Assembly (NCBI GenBank): GCA_030390025.1
Contig: CM059433.1
Location: 26,972,001-27,036,000, forward strand
DNA from: Squalus acanthias
Lineage: Eukaryota
DNA length: 64,000 bases
Direction: 5' to 3'
Shown here: positions 53,973 through 63,500 of the stretch, piece after piece
How the letters are laid out: each line of letters begins with the position of its first letter
Numbering within the stretch: the first letter of the stretch is position 1
Notes under the pieces: model-generated
Told to the model about the DNA's origin: nothing
The model's input: the letters and a program-made list of their open reading frames with translations, nothing else
Database searches by the model: none
Made by a program: the position numbers and the translations under genes

Positions 53973-54050
53973 CTGGTAGTCCTGGTAGACCTTGCAGTCC
54001 AGGGTATCCTACTCCTCTATCACCTTTCTCACCTTTCTGACCAGGGATTC
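53973..54050 (-). CDS. COL21A1: COL21A1-like penultimate coding exon (78 bp)
   Basis: ttttttacag|GAATC...CCAG|gtactg; GIPGQKGEKGDRGVGYPGLQGLPGLP; phase 1-1, splices in frame to the exon at 44909. Confidence 0.88.
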
Positions 54051-54122
54051 CTGTAAAAAACAATTTTTGACAACATTAGGACTGATGGTGTACAGGACTA
54101 AAACATTCAGATGTAGTGTCTA

Positions 54123-54521
54123 ATACTACACCTAGAATAAAACAATGAATACTACACCTAGAATAAAACAATGAATACTACACCCAGAATAAAACAATGA
54201 ATACTGCACCCAGAATAAAACAATGAATACTACACCCAGAATAAAACAATGAATACTGCACCCAGAATAAAACAATGAATACTACACCCAGAATTAAACA
54301 ATGAATACTGCACCCAGAATAAAACAATGAATACTGCACCCAGAATAAAACAATGAATACTACACCCAGAATAAAACAATGAATACTGCACCCAGAATAA
54401 ATCAATGAATACTACACCCAGAATAAAACAACGAATACTACACCCAGAATTAAACAATGAATACTACACCCAGAATAAAACAACGAATACTACACCTAGA
54501 ATAAAGCAATGAATACTACAC
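54123..54521. repeat. 26-bp minisatellite, about 15 copies (aatgaatact(a/g)cacccagaataaaac)
   Basis: Near-identical units visible head-to-tail. Confidence 0.95.
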
Positions 54522-54524
54522 TCA

Positions 54525-55126
54525 GCGACCTCTACAGGGCATCTGGGACATGTGTGCTCATAGCAAGCAACTGTGTATCTCCTTAACCAATCAGATTGAA
54601 GAATCGTTAATAAGCAGCGCAGAGTCTGAACCAGGAAGTGTCAGTTAGAATAATGAATTCAATGTCAAATCAGGTAGAGAAAGGGGAAAAAAGACTGGAT
54701 TAAGAGAGAGATAAAAGAGACAGAAAGAAAAAGTAAAAGAAAAGTTATTACAGTATATTTAAAAAGAAATCTCCAACAATAATTCAAATCTGAAGGAATG
54801 AGATTCCACACTTGTAAACATTAATTTTCTGTGCCAGAGAGGTTGTTTGCCAGTAATTAAGACTTACCACACCGATAAAAGGGTACTTACACTGGAATGG
54901 ATAAGCCCTAACTTTTTCTGGCCAGTTGAGTTCGTATCTATGAGGTAAGTACAACAACTTCATGCCGTTCAATGTATTTGAATGGTGAGTCTCTTGACGA
55001 AATATTGTTTTCATGCAGCTTTTGGAGGAGCAGGGCACTTCAGACAGCAACTTCCTGATTTCTGCGTTTAACTGCGCATGTGCGGTCGCTGGAAGTTGCT
55101 GTCCGATTTACACTTTATCAACAGTG
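54525..55126. mobile_element. Internal fragment of the same Harbinger MITE family as 12343-13931
   Basis: Shared ctctacaggg...aaccaatcagatt...cagagtct(a/g)aaccaggaa and ggaagttgctg.ccgattta blocks. Confidence 0.65.
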
Positions 55127-55850
55127 TGTAAGAAATCATGAACCAAAAGAAATTGTGAATTGTAAAAGAAATAATGGTTTCATAAAATAAATGGGTTTGC
55201 CAGCTCAATAATAGGATAAGTTGTTGACTCAGGAGAATTCCAATCATAACAGATAGGAAGTGGTACAAAGAGCTAAGGTCGTTACGAGGACAGAACACAA
55301 GAACAGGCCTTCGAGTGTGCATAGCTAGGCCTGATAAGAGGGTGAGCAAGGAGTCTTATGATAAACAAGCTGTCCAGAATAAAGTGCAAGATGTCCAAAC
55401 AAGAGATAAGCGGAGGGATGATCTCATGGGGACAGGCGGAGTTTGTCATAGGTACCTATTCCCTTGTAATTGGACAATTGAATGGGTAACAAATGATTGA
55501 CGTAAGGTATCCACCGGCCTAGCGAAATAAGGTATATAAATGCGCAGCCGAAAGGGAAAAAAAGGCAGAGAGGAGAGCTTCCTCTGGGGTGGATCTCATG
55601 TTAGCTTCGGCTTAACACCTTGTTCAAGCTCAACCTCTGAGGTGGATTCATGCTAGCTCCGGCAGGGATCCAAGACCACGGTTCTGCCTCAACCTCTGTC
55701 CGTTCCAGGGCTGGTGAACTGTTCCCATCTGTTACGGGTTGTAAGTCTACTATGTCTATCCTGATTGCGTGTTGTATTTGATTATACTTAAACTGCTGCT
55801 CCTTAATAAAGTGGCCTATGACTCTGTGCAGACAGAGTCCAAATGTAACA
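55127..55850 (+). mobile_element. Probable solitary LTR of an ERV or Gypsy element
   Basis: TGTAA...TAACA ends; TATATAAA at 55533; AATAAA at 55805; hairpin GACTCTGT-gcag-ACAGAGTC; no TSD seen. Confidence 0.5.
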
Positions 55851-57110
55851 TTTGTTAACTGCACCATTTTTGTAACTGGATACATTAAAAGCATAACCTG
55901 GAACATTGTATTGAAGGGGTGTGAACATTTCTGGCTTAGCAAGTTAATTCAAAGGCAACAGGTATGGAGATACTCTACCAGAAACAAGCTATTGCATCAA
56001 AAGTCTACTACTCTGAAATCACATGAATTTGTATGAAGTTCCATTGAATGTTATTCTAACAGAGGCATCATTAATGGGGGGAGATGAGGATAAACATTTA
56101 CGCAGCAAGTTGGTATGATCTGGAATGCACTGCCTGAAAGGGTGGTGGAAACAAACTCAGTAGGGAATAAATACTTGAAGGGGAAAAAATGCTGGGCTAT
56201 GGGGAAAGAGCAGGGGAGTGGAACTAATTGGATAGCTCTTCAAAAGCCGGCAGAGACACAATGGGCCGAATGGCTTCCTTCAGCGCTGTATGAGTCTATG
56301 ATTTGAATATAGCTCAGCACAGTCTAAAGATGCAGGTATTCTTGAAATTTACCAGGAATGATCAAAAATTTGGCTACCAGTGTGCAGTCAACACAAATAT
56401 AACTAGGGCAGATGTCACATAAATTTCATCTTAGTGACTTCTGAGTAGACAGAACAATGTAAAACATTTATCATGCAAGAAGGGAAGTTAGAGAATTCAT
56501 AGAGCAGAATGCTCCAACGATCCCCATTTAATGTTTTAAATTTCTGTGCACAAGGCAAAGAATCTTAGGTGACACTACTGCCTGGTTTCTAGGCAGAAAG
56601 AATGGTGTGCAAAGGTTTGCTGCTTATGTCAATGCAGACTTTTGGGCTGACAGATATGCTGCAGCAAATCTCATCATGTGACCATTCAATGAGATTTCAG
56701 TGCGATCAAGCAATAGACACATAGGCCGCGATTTTACCATCGGTGGCGGGTTGGAGTTGGTTTGGCTGTTCGGCGGGTCCAGTCCCGCTGCCGGTTTAAT
56801 CCGCTCTGAAATAATGATTTTCCCTTAATTGGGCTGATTAAGCCCGTCGTGCGCACTATCCGGCCCAATCAGTGGGTTCGGGTCTGCTGCTCGCCTCTGC
56901 TGACGTCTTCCATCTAGCTACATTTAAGGGGCCCATTCAGCCTTGCTGTTTTTCATTCCTATTCTGATGCTTCTCAGTGTGGCACATAGCAAAATGCCTG
57001 CTTCAAGACCAAAGGCCTCTCCAAGATTCGATGATGACTCCCTCCATGCTCTTGTGGAGGGAGTGAGAGGGTGCCTGTGAAGGAATATACTATATAACCT
57101 TTTTAGAAAC

Positions 57111-58684
57111 GGGCATACCACCGGGATAGTACACTCAAAAGGCAACAGTCTTGCAGAAGAACAAGTGAAACGTTCGGTCTGCATGACACCCCCTCGAGAG
57201 GGGCCTGCCAATATTAGTGTTATCACTAGGGTAGAACGGGCAGCTAGTCAGGATGAGGAACTGATTCAGCTATTAGACCCAACAAAAGAGAATCCACCAG
57301 GATATCCATCAAAGTACTTTTACTCAGAAACCCCTACTGGTATTGTGCTAGTTAAGTTGCCCAAGGGAAACTGAGAAGTACCCCCGAGACACAAACGAGA
57401 ACAGCTTGTAAAAGAAGCTCACAAGGGCATAGGTCAAGCAGATTGTGGTGCCAGAACAACATTCTGCAAATTGACTCCCTTATATTGGTGGCCAGGCATG
57501 CTTAAGGCCTGCAAATTGTGAGCCATGCAATTTAACCAATAAGTCATCACTAATTAAGCCACCGCCATTGGCTCCTGTGAAAGCTGATGAACTAATGGGA
57601 AAATTCTTTATTGACTTCATTGGACCACATCCCCCGTCTTTGGGATACGGACATGTTCTCGTTTGTGTTGATGGATGCACTTCCTTCTGCTGGTTGGTCC
57701 CCACAAAAACTGTTTCGGAAAACGCACTCGCCAAAGCTATTACTGACATAATTACTGTAGCTGGTGCACGAAAAATCTTACACTCCGATCAAGGCAGAGC
57801 CTTTGTCTCCAAGGTCTTCAAAGACTACTGCGAACAAAGGGGGATTGGGTTAGAGCACAGCACGCCATGTCATCCGCAGTCAGCGGGGCTGGTGGAACGT
57901 AAAAACCAGGAAGTAAAAAAGCCATTGGTCAAACTGTTGAGAATCCGGGGAAATAAGTGGACTACCGTCATACTGGAAGTGCAGCTATCACTTAATAATG
58001 TGTCCGCATCTGCATCAGGGACAGTGTCCCGTAAAACTCCATATTATCTAATGTATGGGGTTGAGATGCATACACCACTTACCCATGGTTCTTTTATTGC
58101 CTCTACACTCTCTGATTCCTTGACCCGACAGCGACAGTTAGATTTAAAAAAGAAATAACAGATGAGATACATCAAATTGATCAGCGGATAAGAGAGACAA
58201 ATAGGCAGAAAAAATTGACAAACAAAAAGCAAGACAACCCCTAGCAGGAGAATGGGTACAGGAAAAGAAGTTCAAGCAAAAACCTGGTTTAAGACCTAAG
58301 TGGAAAAAACCTGTTCAAATACGTTCCGTTATTAACGAAAGGACTGTTGAAATACATATTAATCTGCCGAATCGCAAGCAAACTCTTAAAACTGTCTCCA
58401 TAGACAATCTAACAAGATGTCCTGCGGGATACCAAAATGGAGGAATGATACAAGGTGCAGTCGTACACTGTCTTCCAAGACCCAGCTTGGAGCACGACAC
58501 AGGAAATGGATGCGATCGAACTACTGACAATGGTCAGCCAGACAGTGTCGCCGACTCCTCCACACGATGCTTGGCAACGCCTCAGAAATTGGTTTCACAA
58601 AAAGCCAAAACCAAAACAAGTAAAGACCAACAAGTTACTTCAACGAAGGAGGAAAACACTGCGGATGGAGAAGGAATCAACTGA
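57111..58684 (+). pseudogene. pol: Foamy-like pol remnant: RNase H C-terminus and integrase (N-terminal extension, HHCC, DDE core, CTD), with stops and frameshifts
   Basis: GH..IVHSKGNSLA; ELIQLL...GYPSKYFY; EAH...LYWWPGM...CEPC; KFFIDFIGPHPPSLGY; HSDQG; HSTPCHPQSAGLVERKN; LRPKWKKP; TVSIDNL. Confidence 0.9.
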
Positions 58685-58940
58685 GCTTCTGGCAAGGCCT
58701 TTAAGAAAACAAGAATCTGTCCTCACGCTGGATCAATGGAACAGCGTGTCACGCTTCAGCCAGCTCCAAACAATGTCTCCTTGATTCGTATGAATAACTC
58801 ACCTCTACGGAACGTACATCTGCCAATTGGACATTCTAATTACATGTTGTTTCGCTTATTTCATGACAATGTACCTATCATTCTTTTAATTTCTGTCCAA
58901 TTTAAAATAAGGCAAAACATTGTCCTGGGATGATTAGAGG
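58437..58940 (+). pseudogene. env: 5' env (leader peptide) remnant overlapping the end of pol
   Basis: ATG embedded in the pol QNG codons, as in prototype foamy virus; LTLDQW, LITCC, a hydrophobic stretch and IVLG; several stops. Confidence 0.55.
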
Positions 58941-59077
58941 AATTTTCATGTAGCACATGATTAGGCTGTTGTGAATCTCGTGAAATTAATATACTATTGT
59001 AACCTTATTTGAAACATTGACCAAACCCTGCCCTTGATGCTCGAGCTCATTTTTTGGTCAAGAGGGGGGCGAGAGGG

Positions 59078-60303
59078 TGCCTGTGAAGGAATATACTATA
59101 TAGCCTTTTTAGAAAAATACACTATCTTATGAAAGAATTCTGGCCTTGTTGAGATAAGACAGTGGTTGACCCTGAAGAGTACCTTATAAGGAACTTTACC
59201 TTATAAATTCTTTAAAACATGACAAACTGGGATTGGAAATTTAGAAACCTAACTATGAAATAGCTATGAAAGAATTCTGGCTATTGAAACAGGACAAGTC
59301 GTTGACCCTGAATAAATAACCGTATTGAAACAGAAGAATGGGATGGCTCCGAGTAGCTGACCTTTTGGGAACTACATAATGGTCAACCCTAGATATGTGA
59401 TATAAATTAAACTTCGTAAAGATGGCACATAAGATAAGGAACATCCGCCTTCGTAAAGATGACACATAAAATAAGGGATATCAGCCCTTCACCCCTTTTT
59501 ATATGGTGAACCCAGAACACCTGGAGATGTGGCAGATTCTGGAATATTACAAACTGATGTGGCAGTAAAGAATTGCAGAGGTCAGCACAAAGATGAATAG
59601 TGATAATTAACTTGCATCAGCAGAAACCTTAAAGGAAATACAACTGAAAAAGGATATAAATATTGAAGTCTCAAATGGGATATCAGAGTCGCTTTAATCG
59701 GGCAAGGCGATTCTCGACTACAGAGGCGGATCTGTGGTCTTCCACTCTTTGTACCTCGGGGATCAAAGGTATTTTGATATTGATGGATATTCTGTATAGA
59801 AAATTTTAAGAACTGTAATACAGTAGCGAAGTTAAGATTTAAAAGTAAGATTTTCTGTTAAAAAGATCGTATTTTTTCTCTTTTTAGAACTGTTAACGTT
59901 GCGATTGACTGATTCACCAACTGTAAATTGCATGTCGGTTCTTTTAATAAATCTCTATATATTTTTAGATTTGTCTCACATAAGTCTTCTATATCAATAA
60001 CTCGCAAATTCAATCTCTGTACACTCTTTGGTGAAGAGGTACATTTTTCTGAAAGGAGATCTCTGGACCCTCATAATATCCGGGACGTTACAGTCTGGCT
60101 AAACTTATTAAAAGCGCTATCTGGAGGACGGTAACATTCTCGCGTTGTTCCTTTCCTTTAGGGAGATACAGCCCAGACCTTTAGACCCAGTTAAGCGTCT
60201 TTAGGATTCGGCTACCTCAAACTTTAGTTGAAAGTGAACATCTGAGAAATATGCCTGATCCGGGATAGCCCCAAAGGGGCTAGGACTAGTAAATATCCCT
60301 TCA
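59078..60303 (+). promoter_or_regulatory. 3' LTR (~1.2 kb) of the foamy-like ERV
   Basis: Preceded by AAGAGGGGGGCGAGAGGG; U3 direct repeats; TATAAA at 59655; AATAAA at 59946; ends in CA at 60303. Confidence 0.8.
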
Positions 60304-60577
60304 CGCCAAGAGGTACTGTTCCCCTCAAATGGACGGAGGAAGCCTCCTCAGCAAACCAAGGCAGCCTGGCTGCAAATTGCTGAGGAGCTTAGTGCCAGGT
60401 CTTTGTGTGCACGCACCTGGGTTCAGTGCCGCAAAAGGTTCAATGACCTGCTACGCACAGCAAAAGTGAGTATAACATCACACTTACCTTCAATCTGCTC
60501 CCCATCTCCTCTCATCACCAGCATTCTGCATTGCCAACCGACTCCTGCACATCCCACTTTATCCTTACATCCCTTGC

Positions 60578-63500
60578 ACCCAGGGCATTCTGGAGGGGGA
60601 GGGTGAACAGCCAGTTGTCGTGGTGCATATAGGTACCAACGATATAGGTAAAAAACGGGATGAGGTCCTAAAAGCTGAATATAGGGAGTTAGGAGGTAAA
60701 TTAAAAAATAGGACCTCAAAGGTAGTAATCTCAGGATTGCTACCAGTGCCACGTGCTAGTCAGAGTAGAAATAGAAGGATATTTCAGATGAATATGTGGC
60801 TAGAGGAATGGTGCAAGGGGGAGGGATTCAAATGCCTGGGACATTGGAACCGGTTCTGGGGGAGGTGGGACCAGTACAAACTGGACGGTTTGCACCTGGG
60901 CAGGACCGGGACCGATGTCCGAGGGGAAGTTTTTGCTAGTGCTGTTGAGGAGGGTTTAAACTAAAATGACAGGGGGTTGGGAACCTGTGCAGGGAAACAG
61001 AGGAAAGGGAAGCAAGGATAGAAGCAAAAGACAGGAAGGAGAAAAGCAAAAGTGGAAGGCAGAGAAATCAAGGGTGTAAATCAAACAGGGCTACAGTAAA
61101 TAATAATTCTAAAAGGACTAAGAGTGTTAAAAAAACAAGCCTGAAGGCTGTGTGTCTTAATGCGAGGAGCATTCGTAATAAGGTGGATGAATTAGCTGCG
61201 CAAATAGATGTAAACGGATATGATATAATTGGGATTACGGAGACATGGCTCCAGGGTGACCAAGGCTGGGAATTCAACATCCAGGGGTATTCAATATTCA
61301 GGAAGGACAGACAAAAAGGAAAAGGAGGTGGGGTAGCATTGCTGGTTAAAGAGGAGATTAACACAATAGTAAGGAAGGATATTAGCTCTGATGATGTGGA
61401 ATCTGTATGGGTAGAGCTGAGAAATACCAAGGGGCAGAAAACATTAGTGGGAGTTGTATACAGACCCCCAAACAGTAATGCTGAGGTTGGGGATGGCATT
61501 AAACGGGAAATTAGAGACGCGTGCAATAAGGGCACAGCAGTTATCATGGGTGACATTAATCTACATACAGATTGGGCTAACCAAATTAGTAACAATACTG
61601 TGGAGGAGGAATTCCTAGAGTGTATACGGGATGATTTCCTGGACCAATATGTCGAGGAACCAACTAGAGATCAGGCCATCTTAGACTGGGTATTATGTAA
61701 TGAGAAAGGATTAATTAGCAATCTTGTTGTGCGAGGCCCCTTGGGGAGGAGCGATCATAATATGATAGAATTCTTCATTAAGATGGAGAGTGAAGTAGTT
61801 GACTCAGAGACTAGGGTGCTGAATTTAAATAAAGGAAACTACGATGGTATGAGGCGCGAGTTGGCTAGAATGGATTGGGGAGCGTTACTTAAAGGGTTGA
61901 CGGTGGATAGGCAATGGCAAACATTTAAAGATCGCATGGATGAACTACAGAATTTGTTCATCCCTGTTTGGCATAAAAATAAAACAAAAAGGGTGACTCA
62001 ACCGTGGCTAACAAGGGAAATTAGGGATAGCATAAGATCCAAGGATAGGACATATAAATTGGCCAGAAAAAGCAACAAACCCGAGGATTGGGAGCAGTTT
62101 AGGATTCAGCAAAGGAGGACAAAGGGATTAATTAAGAGGGGGGAAATAGAGTATGAGAGTAAGCTTGCAGGGAACATAAAAACTGACTGTAAAAGCTTCT
62201 ATAGATATGTGAAGAGAAAAAGATTGGTGAAGTCAAGCGTAGGTCCCTTGCAGTCAGAATCAGGGGAATTTATAATGGGGAACAAAGAAATGGCTGACCA
62301 ATTAAATACATACTTTGGTTCTATCTTCACAAAGGAGGACACAAATAAACTCCCAGAGATGTTGGGGAACATAGGGTCTAATGAGAGGGAGGAATTGAAT
62401 GAAATCAGTATTTGTAGGGAAATGGTGTTAGGGAAATTGATGGGATTGAAGGCCGATAAATCCCCAGGGCCTAATAATCTACATCCTAGGGTACTTAAGG
62501 AAGTGGCCCTAGAAATAGTAGATGCATTGCTGGTCATCTTTCAAAATTCTATAGACTCTGGACCAGTTCCCATGGATTGGAGGGTAGCTAATGTAACCCC
62601 ACTATTTAAAAAAGGTGGCAGAGATAAAACGGGGAATTATAGACCGGTAAGCCTGACATTGGTAGTGGGCAAAATGCTAGAGTCCATTATAAAAGATGTA
62701 ATAGCAGAGCACTTGGAAAACAGTGACAGGATCGGACAAAGTCAACATGGATTTACAAAAGGTAAATCATGCCTGACTAATCTACTGGAAATTTTTGAGA
62801 ATGTAACTGGTAGAATAGATAAGGGAGAATCAGTGGATGTGGTGTATTTGGACTTTCAGAAGGCTTTCGATAAGGTCCCGCATAAGAGATTAGCGTGCAA
62901 AGTTAAAGCACATGGGATTGGGGGTAAGGTACTGATTTGGATAGAGAACTGGTTGGCAGACAGGAAGCAAAGAGTTGGAATAAATGGGTCTTTTTCCGAG
63001 TGGCAGGCAGTGACTAGTGGGGTACTGCAGGGATCGGTGCTAGGACCCCAGCTATTCACAATATATATTAATGATCTAGACGAGGGAACTAGATGTAATA
63101 TCTCTAAGTTTGCAGATGACACAAAGCTGGGTGGGCGTGTGTGCTGTGAGGAGGATGCAGAGAAACTCCAGTATGATTTGGACAGGTTGGGTGATTGGGC
63201 AGATGCATGGCAGATTCAGTATAATGTGGATAAATGCGAGGTTATCCACTTTGGTGGCAAAAACAGGAAGACAGATTATTATCTGAATGGCAATAGATTG
63301 GGAAAAGGGGAAGTGCAACGAGATCTGGGAGTCCTTGTGCACCAGTTGCTGAAGGTAAGCATGCAAGTGCAGCAGGCGGTTAAGAAGGCAAATGGTATGT
63401 TGGTCTTCATAGCGAGAGGATTCGAGTACAGGAGCAAGGATGTCTTGCTGCAGTTGTACAAGGCCTTGGCGAGACCACACCTTGAGTATTGTGTGCAGTT

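Larger units (their letters stand above)
57072..60303 (+). mobile_element. Deleted endogenous foamy-like retrovirus: 5' LTR stub, 3' pol, 5' env, PPT, 3' LTR
   Basis: Foamy-type integrase motifs; 45-bp repeat at 57065-57109 and 59071-59115; purine tract before the 3' LTR; inverted termini TGAAGGAATAT and ATATCCCTTCA. Confidence 0.88.
56724..60577 (+). mobile_element. Harbinger element hosting the foamy-like ERV; Myb exon split into 56994-57071 and 60304-60465; right end not seen in the window
   Basis: Left TIR GGCCGCGATTTT; rejoined exon MPASRPKASPRFDDDSLHALVEGVRG|RQEVLFPSNGRRKPPQQTKAAWLQIAEEL...WVQCRKRFNDLLRTAK, then gtgagt donor. Confidence 0.85.

Noticed and set aside
54123..54521. Possible CRISPR-like array, and the ORFs at 54178-54457
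   Set aside because: Units are head-to-tail with no unique spacers, the context is eukaryotic with no cas genes, and the ORFs are translations of the minisatellite.
57568..58158. Gypsy/Ty3 integrase or a domesticated GIN1-like gene
   Set aside because: The N-terminal extension, CTD motifs, env-start position and long LTR fit foamy viruses, and the flanking stops and frameshifts argue against a functional host gene.
61068..63480. Antisense ORFs over CR1 (and similar ones over FBXO30 and the Harbinger genes)
   Set aside because: Shadow frames of real coding sequence with no independent motifs.
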